Translations under genes and position numbers: made by a program
Part shown: positions 1 through 13,566 of the stretch, in pieces
Numbering within the stretch: the first letter of the stretch is position 1
Layout of the letters: the number at the start of each line of letters is the position of its first letter
NCBI GenBank assembly: GCA_964019425.1
Contig: OZ025802.1
Coordinates: 992,001 to 1,056,000, forward strand
Source of the DNA: Flectonema sp. DT1601
Lineage: Eukaryota
Length of the DNA stretch: 64,000 nt
Direction of reading: 5' to 3'
Notes under the pieces: model-generated
Told to the model about the DNA's origin: nothing
The model's input: only the letters and a program-made list of their open reading frames with translations
The model's database searches: none

Positions 1-3000
1 GAGACCTTACCCAGGTGTCGACCGACTTGTTGTGGCAGGAGAACCACTACTTGGCGGAGAGCACTTACATCGAGGAAGCGCTCGTCGCATCGCTCGACTT
101 GTTCAGCGGATCTCCGCTCGACGGCAGGAAGAAGGTGTTGATAATCATCACTGATGGAGAGCTCAAGGACGCGGACAGGCTGACTGTTTCCCGTTCAAAG
201 TTGAACCAGGCTGGAGTGATCGTGTTTGGAGCGGTCATCAGAAGGTCGGCTGCGGCCACTCCGACGGATGCTGCTGCCGAGGCGGCGCTTCTTCCGATTG
301 TGAGCGAACCGAAGGACGGTCACTTTGCGAACTTGATCGTCGATGAGCTGCCGTTGGAGGTTCTGGACACGCTCTGCGACCGCAACGGAAGATGGGGTAA
401 GTACGTCGTCGACAACGGAGCTGGAAGGCAGCCTTGCCAGTACTACGAATCGCAGTCACCGTGCAACAGAGACAAGGGATGCGTGTGGCACGACAGCACA
501 TTGTCGTGTGGTAACACCCCTTGCTTCGAGCACTGTGACGAGCAGGTGTGCAATGCCGACACGGTTGAGAAGTGTCAGTGGGACAACACGCTCGGGCTGT
601 GCTTCAGAATCCCTGTTTGCGACTTCGACATGGAGCAGCAATGTACTGCGGACCCTTACTGCGCTTGGGATGCGGTCAAGAACTGCACTGAGATCCCATG
701 CAAGCACGAATCCGAGGACAGTTGTTTGAGTGATCCAAAGGGATGCATCTACGATACGATCAAGAGAACTTGCTTGCCTGACCCATGTAAGGACAAGCCT
801 GAGCTGGCGTGCTCCCTTCTGTCGCCTCAGTGTGTGTGGGACACTGCTGCGCTGGTTTGCAAGAAGGAGGAGTGCAACAACTGCGGTGTCGACCACCAGT
901 GCTGCAACGACTACGCGAAGATCTGCGAATGGAACTCGACTGTCTCGAGCTGCCAGCAGAAGAAGTGCGTGGAGCACGTTACGGAGTTGGAATGCGCCGA
1001 CGACAACGCGTGTGAATGGGAAGGAGCGATCTCACCGGGCCACTGTACCCGTACTTACTGTGACAGGTACTCGAACACCACTGAGTGTGGACTTGACGAC
1101 AAGTGCAAGTGGGATTTCGGATCGTGCATCAAGGCTGGATGCACCAAGCACACCGAGTCCGGATCGCATTGTGATTGCAATGCGGATGCCGAGTGCTTCT
1201 GGCACGACAGCACCTGCGTGGACATCAACTACGGAGCTTGTCCAACGATGGACATCGTGATCCTCCTTGATGGTTCGACTTCGATGGGAGAGGACTTTGG
1301 CACCCACCCTCACGGATTCTATGCCGTGTTGGAAATGGTGAACGACTGGATCATTAACCAGCTTCCGTTGGCCAATTCACTGGGTCGCTACGGAAAGGCA
1401 CCAAGGTATGCTGAGGGCCTCGCCCGTGTTGGGTTCGTGCAGTTCTCGGGAGACTCGGCGCTTCTCGAACCGAACAAGCCGTTCACGCAGTCGGCAATCT
1501 TGTCGATCACCGACACCAGAGGAGGACTGACGGGATACACACCGGAGATCACTCGGGACTTGGACTGGCACCAGAAGAACTTTGCCGGCAAGGGTACGTA
1601 CATCGCGGAGTCCCTGAAGAAGGCGGCCACGATCTTGTCGACGAACCCGACCAAGAGCGGTAAGAAGTTGGTGATCATCATTTCAGACGGGAAGTTTGAG
1701 GACGATCCAATTTACATCACGAAGGGAGTCGATGCCCTGAAGGCGGTTGACGCTTACGTGTTGGGTGTCGTGGTGAGAAAGTTGATAATCCACACGAAGG
1801 TCGACCTCGATGCGGAGGCTTCGCTGAAGTCGATCTCCGACTACGTTGCGAACTTCCGTTTGGACGATGTGAAGGATGGACTGTTCAAGAAGCTGTGCAG
1901 CCCTGAGACTGTTTGGGGGAAGCACTTGGTCTCCGTTGACAGCAACTCTCACGTTCCGTGCGGATTCCACGCGATCTCTGACACTTGCAACAAGGACACC
2001 GGATGCGGTTGGGATGATTCTTTGACGATCTGCGTTGACAGTCCTTGTCTGTCAATCTGTGACCAGCCTAGTTGCCTGAAGGCCGTTGCTGACCAATGCG
2101 TGTGGGATGGAAGCGAGAAGACTTGCAACAAGATCAGCGTCTGCGGTCACGGTAGCGAGATTGACTGCAACAACGACCCGTCTTGTGTGTGGGATGTGAC
2201 GACTGACAACTGCATCATCACACCGTGTGACCACCACACGGAGGGAGCATGCGACAAGGATCCGGTGGGCTGTGAGTGGGATTCGAAGAAGGAAAAGTGT
2301 TCGACGAAGAAGTGCACGTACACGGGGTCGGCGAACTGCACTGCGGACACCACGTGCATGTGGGACCAGTCGAGTTCGAGTTGCACCGTGAAGCTGTGCC
2401 AGTACACTTCGTACTCGGCGTGTGACGAAGACACACGTTGTAAATGGAAGAACACGACCAAGACCTGTGAGCAGAAACCTTGCCTCGAGCACGTCGAGGA
2501 ATCCGCGTGTGGCGCTGATTCTGAGTGCGAGTGGGACATCAGCGCGTCGCCTGCATTCTGCAAGCCAACCGAGTGTTCGAGATGGAAGACCGAGACGTCG
2601 TGCACCCTCGACACTGGCTGTACTTGGGGAGGACCAGTGTCGTCGTCGAGTTCGTCGTCTTCAGCCAAGCAGTGCGTGAAGAAGAACTGTGATGTGTACG
2701 GATCGGATTCCTGCAGCTGCAGATCTGACCCCCACTGTTACTGGCAACCTGAATCCAACGAGTGCGTTGGTGTCGACTTCGGTGCCTGTCCGGGTATGGA
2801 CATCGTCGTTGGGTTCTCTGGCCACGAAAAGATGATGGAAACGTACGGCAGATACCCGCACGGATACTCTGGTCTGCTGGAGATCCTCGCAACGTGGTCG
2901 AAGGCTCTTCCGCTCAACAAGGACAGCCACATCGTCGCTGCCGACAAGGCTCTCATGACGGGGATGAGACTCGGGTACATGCAGTACAGTCTTTCACCAC

Positions 3001-6000
3001 TGACCGGTGACGAGACTACCGCCGTGCGGGGAGTTGGTGCCGAGGGACAGCTGACGGGGAAGATTGCCGAAGCCCTCGGAGACGTCGACTACTTCAAGAG
3101 CCACCACCTCTCTGGGCACACCAACTTGGTAGGACCTTCGTTGGGTTTGGTACTCAACATGTTCAAGAGATCTCCAGCTGGTAGAAAGAAGATGTTGATC
3201 TTGTTTACGGGTCCTGCCATCGACGATTCCGACAGAGTTGCTGATGTTCGTCGTTCACTTGACAGTCTCGGAGTTCAGGTGTTCACGATCGCATTGAGAA
3301 AGTCACCGATGAAGACCGCTGAGGAAATCTCCGCTGAGCCGTCGGTCAGCGGACTGGCATCGGTTGACGTGCACGACCACTTTGTTTCTCTCCAGTTGAG
3401 TGAAATTGAGGATCAGTTGGCTGACATGTGCTCACCTTCCTCGGACTGGGGTAAGGCCATCTTGGAATTCAGTGAGAAGCACTCGAAGAAGACCAATCCA
3501 AAGACTCGTTCATGTCCGTACTACCAACTTCCATATGAATGCAAGGCTGACCCTGGATGTATGTGGTCTGAGTCGGTTCTTAACTGCATCACTTCACCTT
3601 GTCTCCTGCATGAGTGCAACGAGGCTGCCTGCAACGCTGATACTGACCACCACTGTAAGTGGGACTCCAGCAGCAAGGCTTGTTTCAAGGACCCGCCATG
3701 TCCGGCCACCACTCCGCAAACTTGCGATGCTGTTGGAGGATGCAAGTGGAACGCCGCCAAGCAGAAGTGTTACGAGAAGCTTTGCAGCCACACGTCGGAG
3801 CCAAGTTGCTTGTACGACCCTGCGGGTTGTGAATGGGACAGTGCGACTGACAAGTGCACTGTGAAGCCGTGCCAGCACACTACCAACTCCACCTGTCTCA
3901 ATGATGAGGAATGCTTGTGGATTGAGGGTCCGTCGTCGTTTATTTGTGAGAAGAAGCATTGCACTGGAAAGTCACCGGCGGTCGTCTGCGAGGTGGACAA
4001 GCGTTGCGAGTGGGACACCTCAAAATTCACCTGTGAATACAAGAAGTGTCAGGGATACTTGGATGAGGTTTCTTGTGACCATGACTACCAGTGTCACTGG
4101 GACGTTGCGGCATCACCTGCGAAGTGTGACATCAAATACTGTCTGCGTTTTGAGACCGAAGGCACCTGCAACACAGAACCGGAGTTCCAGTGTGAGTGGA
4201 GTTCAAATGACGGAAAGTGTAAGGATAGGAACTGCGATGACCTTACCAAGAACCCGTGCAAGTGTGGCTCTGAACACGGATGCTTCTGGGACGATGGGTC
4301 TTCCACCTGCGTGACTTCCAGTTACGGAGCCTGTCCAACGATGGACATCATTGTGGCTTTCGATGGTTCGGATGTGATTACGGGATCATTCGGACGTCAT
4401 CCAAATGGATTCTACGGTCTGTTGGAAACACTGAGAGACTGGGAGAAGACTCTGCCTCTCGGAACTGTGAAGCTCGGGTTTGTTCAGTTTGCTGGTCCGA
4501 AGTCGGCTCAGAGCTCGATTCCGGGAGTAGGAACGGGAGGTAAGACCAGTGCCAGCAGTAAAGATATTTCTGATGATCTTGATTGGCACGAGGCTCACAG
4601 AATAAAGGGTTCGAGTGAAGCTCACATTGCCGATGCTTTGGATCTCGCTCAGAGGATGTTTGCGTTGAACAAGGATCCAGGACACAAGAAGGTCTTACTT
4701 GTGATCTCATCTGCTAAGATTGTTGACATCGGTACCAACTTGGTGGAGGCGGAGAAGAAGTTGAAGGGTGATGGTGTGAAGACCTTTGGAGTAACACTCC
4801 GTCCACAAACGGCATTGTTGAAGGATGACCAGGAAGTTCAATCGAGTATGTCATCCATCGTGTATGATTCCAGCTACCTTGTTAATGTGAAGCTCGATGA
4901 TTTGAAGTACAAGGTTCTCCAGTCCCTTTGTGATGCGCATTCGTCGTTTGGAAAGAAGATCACGAGCCTCACCGTGGCGAAGCCTGAGAACCCGTGCCAT
5001 ACATACCTGGAGAAGTTGCGTTGCAACGTCGACATCGCTTGCAGATGGAATGCCGAACAGGCGCAGTGCGCTGACTCTGCTTGCCTGAGTCACTGCTCGG
5101 AGCTCACCTGTGTCAACGACTACAGCAGTCTGTGCAAATGGGACGCGGGGAGAAACATGTGCTACAAGCAGAGGTTGTGCAACCACGAGTCGCTTGTTTC
5201 GTGCAGCAAGGATCCTGGTTGTAAGTGGGTGTCTTCCTCTGGGGATTCACCGATGTGTGTGGAGAAGTCTTGCCAGTACGACAACGAGGACGGTTGCAAT
5301 GACGACAAGGAGGGATGCGAGTGGCACGGTACCGACGAGCATTGCTACCCAAGAGAATGTACTTACACGTCGAAGGGTGCGTGTAGCAAGGATCCACACT
5401 GTGCTTGGGACAGTTTGTTGGAAGACGAGAAGGTTCCTTGGAAGGCGTGCATTGAGGTGCCTTGCGTGACGACGACTGACTTCGTGAAGTGTATTTCGGA
5501 CTACAGGTGCAAGTTCAACCCAGCTGCCACTCAACAGTGCGAGAGGAGGCAGTGCGTCGACCACCCTGATGAGGTTGAGTGTGGTGAATATCCAAACTGC
5601 TACTGGAACACCAAGGCGTCACCGGTGTCGTGTTCCTTGAAGAAGTGCCCTGCGTACGAAGATGACCAGGCGGGATGTCAGGGAGACGATGAGTGCTTGT
5701 GGGTGAACAGCAAGTGTGTTGAGAAGATCTGCAAGTTGATGGACAGGTGCGACTGTTCCAAAGAGAAGGGATGCTTCTGGGACACCCGTAATGCTGGAGG
5801 TGCCGTGGTTGCACATGGCGCTGACACGGATGGAAGATGTGTCGAAACCGAGTTCGGAGGTTGCCCAGAGATGGATGTGGTGGTACTGATGGATGGGTCG
5901 GGATCGATGTCAAACCACTTTGGACATCACCCTCACGGATACTACGCGATGTTGGAAGCTCTCAGGGATTGGGTTCGTGCTATTCCACTCACCGGTGAGC

Positions 6001-9000
6001 GTGCCACTACTCAGGGAGCCAACTCGACAGCGCCAAATGGAGGAATCAGAGTCGGTTTGATCCAATTCTCCAAGTCTGATGAGGCATTGAGGACGCCAAC
6101 CAATGTTGGAACTGGTGGAAGACTGTCGGGTGCGATCGATGAGATCCTTGCCGACGTTGGTTGGCATGAGCACCACTTCATGGCGTCTTCGACTTACATA
6201 GAGAAGGCTCTGGAATTCGCTGACAACATGTTCGGAGGGTCCCCACCGAAGCGTAAGAAGATTCTCTTGGTCTTAACGGACGGTAAGATCTACGATGCTG
6301 GTAAACTGGGAAAGACGAAGGGTTACCTCGGAACAAGAGATGTCGAGATCTTCGGAATTGTGTTGAGAAGGTTCGAAACCAGTACGACGGTCGACAAGGA
6401 CGCGGAGGAGACTCTGAAGACGATTGTCACGGCGCCAATTACGGACCACTACATGAACTTGCCGATGGACGACTTCAGCAAGGTGCTTTCGGGGATCTGC
6501 GACCCGACGACGAAGTTTGGTGGTCAGGTGTTGAAGACGGCTGCGTACGAGCTTCCTTGTATGTTCTACGAAGACGTGCGCACTTGTGAAGGAAGCAGCA
6601 TATGCACTTGGAACACTTCGAATCTCCACTGCGAGGACAGCACGTGCCACAAGTTCTGTGAGGAATCGAAGTGCACGTCTTACACGGGAGAAGTTTGTGA
6701 GTGGGAGACGACGGGGAAGTACTGCCACAAAAAGTTGCCTTGCGTGTACACGGAGGAACAAACCTGCACAGCTGATGACAAGTGCTACTGGTACCAGGAC
6801 GATCAGAAGTGTGGTAAGCAGCCTTGCGTGTCTGAAACGACTGAAGATGCGTGCAGGGCCGACAGGTTTGGTTGTGAATGGGACAGCAGCACTTCCCTGT
6901 GCACAGCTTTCCCATGCAAGTATTCGGTTGCTGCGACTTGTACTGCTGATGCTGAGTGTCAGTGGGACGGTGTGAGTGACATCTGCGTGCACAAACCATG
7001 TTACTACTCGACGGAGGACAAGTGCGTGAAGCACTCATCTGACTGTGAATGGGTTTCAGGAAACTGTCAGATGAAGGTCTGCGTTGAGCACATCAGTGAG
7101 TTGAATTGCATTAAGGATTCGAACTGTGAATGGGCCACTGATCACGCACCTGGAAGCTGCAACATCAAGGTGTGCCACACGTACGGAGACAAGACGAGCT
7201 GCGAATCAGCGCAAGCTGTTGCGGACGGATGTGTTTGGGACAAGAACAACAAGTGCGAGTACTCAGTTGATACTTGCAAGACTGTGTTGGATGACTGCGA
7301 GTGCAAGCAAACGATTGGCTGTGCTTGGGAGTCGGAGCCAGGACCAGATGTGATGCCAAGATGCTTCCCATCGATCTACAGCAACTGTGAAGGAATGGAC
7401 ATGGTCTTCTTGCTCGACGGTTCCTCAGACATGAATGCGCAATTCGGACGCCATCCAAGTGGATACATCGGACTCCTCGAGACGATGGCTCACTGGATCA
7501 AGCAGCTTCCACTTACGGGTGAGTCAGCCAATGTGGACGAGACTGCAGCCCACAAGTCAGGAATGAGAGCAGCGTTTGTTCAATACAATGCTAAATCCAG
7601 TGCCCTCCGTACTCCAAGTGCTATCGGTGCTGGTGGAAGACTCTCTGGAAGTGAGACGGAGTTGCTGAATGACCTCGACTGGCACACGGCGAACCAGATC
7701 GCCAAGAAGAACACCACTGCGGACTACGAGAAGGACGACCACTACTTGCAACACGCTCTTGATATGGCTGCTAAGATATTGGAAGGTTCAGCGTACGACA
7801 GAAAGAAGGTTGTCATGATCTTTTCTGCTGGCATCATCAGCGACAAGGATTACCTCAGCAAGCCAAAGCTTCTCCTGGACTCCATGCACGCCTCGACTTT
7901 TGCGGTTGGTATGCGCCGACACGGTGCCTCGACTCACAAGGATGAACTCGTGTTGGATGAGTTGAAGCCAATCGTAACTGCTCCAAAGGATGGCCACGCG
8001 ATGAGCATCTCGTTCGATGACTTGGAGAAGGAAGTCCTGACTCAGATCTGTAACGAGGACAACTTGTTCGGATACTTCTTCGTTGAACACGGTCAGTCTA
8101 CTCATCAAAAGTGTAGCGAGTGGAAGACCAGCGACAGTTGTTTGATTGATTCACTGTGTGTGTGGACTGTTGACAGTTGTGTTCCATCATCGTGCCCTGC
8201 TATTTGTAACGAAGCGGAATGCGAACAAGCTGCTGAGGGATGCCACTACTACAGCAAGGACAAGACTTGCAAGCGATCGGTGTGTTACCACCCAGCGAAA
8301 TCCGAGTGCGAAGGCGACAAGTTGTGCTGGTGGGATGTTTTAGGAAATACTGCTGAAGACAGTTGCAAACCGGTGGTAGGATGTCACAAGCATAAGAGTG
8401 ACACTCCTTGTGGCAAGGACAATGCTTGTAATTGGGATCAGTCTGTTGGGAAATGTACCGACAAGCGTAGATGTATTGTCCATCCGGACACCCTGTCGTG
8501 TAACAACGACACCGCTTGCGTGTGGAACACTGCCTCTGGTTACTGTGAGGACCGTACTGGATGTGCTCTGTACACTGAGGCAAAAACATGTGCTGCTGGT
8601 AAAGAACAGTGTTTGTGGATAGTCCAGGATTCCCTTTCGTCTTGCATTGACAAGACATGTGGTGGATACGACTCGCAGCTCACTTGCAACGCCGAAGAAA
8701 CATGTGAGTGGAATTCAAACAACGCGACTTGCTTTGACAAGACTGGTTGTGTCTTGCACATGAGACAGGATATCCCAGAGGCATCTTGTTTGAGTGACGA
8801 CCGCTGTGTGTGGACTGGCCTCAAGTGTGAAGACAAGGAGGGATGTGCTGCTTACGTTAAACGTGATGCGTGCACACGTGACACGGGATGCACTTGGTTG
8901 AGCGAGACTAATGTTTGTGTCGATGACGGATGCAGTGCCATTGCGAACATGGATAAGTGTGAATCCGATGCGAAGTGCATGTGGTTTACTAACATCGGAA

Positions 9001-10857
9001 CTAATGATCGCTGTGATGACAAGTGCAGTGCACACTTCACTTCCAAGGACTGCAACACCGTTGCCATCTGTGAGTGGTCTCAAGACACCTGTATCCCAAG
9101 TAACTTCTGTCCTGCTACCTACGGAAAAGACAGCGAGAACTGTAACGAGGACATTAATTGTGAATGGTATGTTTATGTTTGTTTTGCAGTCGTGGCTGCA
9201 ATAGTATACGTGGTTTTCCCTCTCCTCTTTGTTCTTTTTTCTTTTTTTCCTTTTTTCTTTTTTTTCTCTCGTTTCTTCTTTTTTTTTTGTATGGTCTTAA
9301 ACAATCCGCAAAAACAGGGACGTGTTGTATGAGCGTTGCAACAAGAAGAAGGCTTGCGTGATGTACCCATCTGAAGTTGCGTGCAACGCCACCAGCAGCA
9401 AGTGTATCTGGGAGAAGGAGAGCAAAGTGTGCAAGGACATCGCACAGTGCTCGTTCTACGATTCCTCGTTGGTATGTTTTTTTTTTTTTTTTTTTTTTAA
9501 ATTTTTCTATCGAAATGTGACGCAGTTTTTAAGGTGGAAGCTTTTTTTTATTCTTTTTGTTCTTTTTTTTTTGGTCACGGCAGAAATAAAAAAAAAGGGA
9601 CCAACAAAACATAATAAAATAATAATACCATCAGGAGTGTGCCAAGGACGCTGGTTGTCAGTGGTCCGACGCCGAACCTGTGTGTCTGCCAAGAGACGAT
9701 CCATGCAGTGGAAGACCAGAGAACCTGTGTACCGCTGAGGAGTGCATCTGGGAAGGTGATAAGTGTAAGTTGAAGTGCAGCGAAACCTGCAGCGCGGCGG
9801 GAGGAGTCTGCAACGGCGAGTGCTGCACTTGCAAGCAGGGATACCACGGAGAGAGGTGTGACATGTGCCTGTTTGGAAAATCGGAGAGTGGCGGGTGCCT
9901 CACGTGCTCTGCTGAGTTCTGCAGCAACCACGGACGCTGTGACTCTGAAATGACTTCGTGCATCTGTGACAGTGGCTACGGAGGTGCTGACTGCAGTGCG
10001 AGAGTTTGCAGTGCTGAGATGCCAGTTTGGTACACTACCTTCCCGCTTCGTCCGATGAAGAACGAGCGTTTCACTTTCATCATCCACGGTTGTTGGGACG
10101 ATGCCGCGAACAGCACTGGTCGCGACGTTAAGATAGTTCCGGCATCGCAGACGTGTGACAGCCCTGCTTCATGTGGTATGTTATTTTAATTTTACTGTTT
10201 GCGTAATTGTGTTCTCGGTTTTATGGTTTCTTTCGGATGGGGGGTTTTTTTGTGTATTTTTGAAGGGGAGGAAGATGTGAAACAAAAAGAAATAACAAAA
10301 AAAACTCCAAACAAACAGAGAAACCAATGTTGATGTCCGACGAGCAGCTGGAGATTGGAGATGAGGGTGCGAAGTGTACCAGCTCAAGAGTTTTGAATGC
10401 TGCATTAGAGCCAAAGAGTAAGATGGAGTTGTTGGTTAACACGACTGTGGCATTTGCTGATGAAGATGACAGAGAATTGATTGTGTGCTGGAGAGACCCA
10501 GTCAGGGACCAATGGAGAGAGCTTGAGACTCACTACAAAAATGGAAGTGTTACCAGGACTACTATCGTACAGGGTGCTGTTGATGAAGACACGGGTTCGA
10601 GACCTGCTCCAAATTTGGCTGGAACTGGTGATGAGTGTTGCGAGGGATTGAGACTCGGTGAAGTTTGTCTACCAACTGCTCTTGTTATCGTCCTCTGGGT
10701 GTTGGTACTCTTCTTGATTGGATATCTAGTTTTTGCCCTGGTCAAAGGGAAGAAGGAGAATGACGCTCTAAGCAACCAACCAAAGAAGGGTTACCAAGAC
10801 TTCGAGATGGAAGATGGAAACAGTGGTTTGGTAAATGATCAAAGAAGCAGCAACTAG
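1..10857 (+). CDS. Giant type I membrane protein with repeated von Willebrand A (VWA) domains, Cys/Trp-rich repeats, EGF-like domains and a C-terminal TM helix; 5'-truncated; exons <1-9166, 9318-9471, 9635-10175, 10319-10857
   Basis: The 3105-aa ORF has recurring VWA starts (DIVILLDGSTS, DIVVGFSGH, DIIVAFDGSD, DVVVLMDGSGS, DMVFLLDGSSD) separated by many C-x8-C-x4-C-x-W repeats. Three GT-AG introns join ORFs 15, 9322, 9680 and 10327 in frame. TM segment ALVIVLWVLVLFLIGYLVFALV precedes a short cytoplasmic tail. Confidence 0.85.
9167..9317 (+). other. Spliceosomal GT-AG intron (151 bp)
   Basis: TG|GTATGT...AAAAACAG|G restores W-D-V-L-Y-E-R-C in frame. Confidence 0.85.
9472..9634 (+). other. Spliceosomal GT-AG intron (163 bp)
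   Basis: TTG|GTATGT...ACCATCAG|GAG TGT continues the Cys repeat in the frame of ORF 9680. Confidence 0.85.
10176..10318 (+). other. Spliceosomal GT-AG intron (143 bp)
   Basis: G|GTATGT...ACAAACAG|AG joins to the frame of ORF 10327. Confidence 0.8.
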
Positions 10858-13524
10858 TGTGCTGCTTTCGAAGGTCTTTTCCTTTTTTTTAAGTTTTAAA
10901 GAACCCTTTGAGACCCCTTCCCGTATCCCTTACTGCTCATCATTATGTCACGAAACAGTTTATTCTGATTGCCTTACTTATGGTCCCTCCTCCCAAAGTC
11001 ACGCCAACGAGCTATTGGTTGAATTGAACTTTAATAAATTTTTATTCATTCTTTTTAAGAAGCGAGAGATGTTGTTCCCGTTTCCGTTTCCCCAACCCTC
11101 TCCCTTCCAAAATGTGTTTCACGCTTCCGTGGTTGCTTTTTTATTTTAAAAAAAAAAAAAAAGAGTTGTTTCCCTGAATAATATGATGTTTGTATACCCG
11201 TCTGAATAAATTAAGCCTTTTTTTCTTTTTTTTTTTTAATCTGAGTAGAGGTGGGCCGGTAAATTGTGTTGTCAATTTATGTATTTTGTTATTGTGGTGT
11301 TTGAAATTTTTTCCAGGATTTTTCCCCTCCAAAGTTTTTTTTTTCTCTCTCTCTTTCCCTGTTACTTTTTGTACAAAGCCCAAGATTCCCCTCCCCCAGG
11401 CTTCGCTCGCTACTGCTTTGATTAACGTGTAAACACGAATTGTCTCTCAGTGGTTTTACGAGGGGATAGTTCTGTGGAGAAGAGTGAATGATATGCATTA
11501 CACTGAAAAGATAACATCGATTTCCTGATCGAAGTAACACGTTTTTTATTTTCCCTTCCCAAAATATTTTTGTAAGTGATCTTCAGTGTAGCAGAACCTT
11601 GCTTGCTGAAGGTCAGGTAGCGTATTATTGTCGTGCCGTCTTGTTCATAAATAATAGTTTCCTGTTGATATTTTAATGGATTTATTTTTTTCTTTGGCTC
11701 TCTTTTTTCTTAATCTTGTATTCTTGTTTTAATTTTTGTTTTTCTAATTAATGATACAATTCGCGTAGTGGGACCCCACCGAGTATTTTTGCGTCTCTTG
11801 ATCGATGATGGAATATGCAACAATATACTTGTGAGTTTCCGCGTAATCAGAATGCAGGCATTGCTGTAGCGAACTTCAATAAAATGCTTTGCATTTTGCC
11901 CAGATAGATACAAGTTTCAAGATAGGGAAAAAAAAAAAGGAAAAAGAAGAAAAAAAAAGATTGTGGAAGCTAGTTCTTTTTTTCGATGGATACGAGAAGA
12001 TGACGAAACGAATTTTATTAATAAAAAAAAAAAAAAAATGAATTAATAGTAATAATCATGTTCTACCTGCTGCTGTTAAATTACACAAGTGAATCTGTGA
12101 CAAAATAAAGTTTTTGATGGACGTGCCTTTGTCTGTCTGCCATACCGATCTTTAATTAGAATATGGATGCATACTGCAGGGCTCCATCATTCGTTTGTCG
12201 ATTTGATACTCCCGATGGAATTCGTGTTGATCTGGTGGTGGAGATGATGTCCTTTTCTTTGTAAGTGGTGTGTATGTGTACTTCTCCCTCTGGTGTAGAT
12301 TTCCGTAGTGGAATGCATTGACGTGCAATAAGTGAGAATTCTCACGTTATTACGGCATTATTTCTTTCTTTTATTCTTTTTTTTTTTAATTATTTTTTTT
12401 TTCCTTCTCCCCCTTTTGTTTAGATCACACAATTTGTGATCAGAAAAAAAAAAAAAAAACAACAACAACAACAACGAACTAATTACAAATCCCCAGGTCC
12501 CTTTGGTATATCTGCATATGTGTTTTTTTTTTTTTTTTTTTTTTTTTGTTGCTTATTCCTTGCTATCTTTTTTTTATTTTTTTTTTTTAAAATGAGTTTT
12601 TCTTTTTCTCTCTCTCTGAATCCTCCAACACATCACTTCGTTGCTTAATGTGTCGTTTAGTCTTTTCTATATTCATGGGGTTCTTTTTATCGATCCAAAG
12701 ACCCTTGTATTCATACACTTTAGTACATTTTCTACTGTTGCAGTTTTAGTTATTTTCTTCTCTATTTCTTGTTTGCTACTGCGGACTAGAATAAAAGAAG
12801 CCATCGAGGAGCAGTGTAAGCTGTCCATCACGTTAGTGTCCCTGTCCTAAACAGGGGGGCTGACCAGCTGTTAATAGTTATTTGTGATTTGGAGAGGAGA
12901 AGCGGGGAGGGGAAAAAGTAAGGATTTAAAATAAATAACTAAATAATAATGATAGTAATTTCTTTTTGATTGGAAAAGGCGATTACATTCGTCGAACTTT
13001 TCAAAAAAAGGGAAAAGTGTGTATTACTGATTTAACAACAAATGTGGAACACTGCATGCTTTCTTTTTTATTTTCAGACTTTTCTGCTTCCAAGTCGCGG
13101 CGCTGGACCACTCACGGTACCTCGTCACCTCGCACCACTTATTGTGGGTGTCGCTTTCTTCCCATAGTTCACAGGTATTACCTTATTTTTCATTTTTTTT
13201 TTCAAATAGTTAGTTGTCAATCAAAATAATACAAAAAAAAAAAAAAAAACAATAAAAAAAAACATCAAATAACAACCAAATGAAGAACAAACAACCTCCC
13301 AATTTTCAAAGTGCACAAGCAAATATAAAAAGCCTCACTCTGCCACCCGAAAGGATGACATTAAAAAAAAAGTAGGTGAAATTTTCAGACGAGGTGACCA
13401 GAACAGAGAAAAAAAAAAAAAAAAAACCGTTGTTTAGTTGCAACCGCGGAGAATCCGCTTCCCCTGCCGTGATTTCATATGTTTTACGTGCAATGGTGTT
13501 AGTTAGTAATTTAATTTAATGAGA

Positions 13525-13544
13525 CTTTTATTTACTTCTCTCAG
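13525..13544 (+). promoter_or_regulatory. Putative SL trans-splice acceptor (polypyrimidine tract + AG) for HSP70
   Basis: CTTTTATTTACTTCTCTCAG ends 22 nt before the ATG; similar U-rich AGs end at 24071, 40645, 44582, 53979, 56052, 59061 and 61818. Confidence 0.55.
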
Positions 13545-13566
13545 CTATTACTTTTCATTTTTAATC

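Noticed and set aside
1..10857. Horizontal transfer suggested by the higher GC of the VWA gene
   Set aside because: HSP70, tubulin and CCT1 show the same codon style, and the gene has host-type introns
12332..12345. Palindrome GTGAGAATTCTCAC upstream of HSP70 as a heat-shock element
   Set aside because: It lacks nGAAnnTTCn spacing and is 1.2 kb from the gene in a probably polycistronic unit
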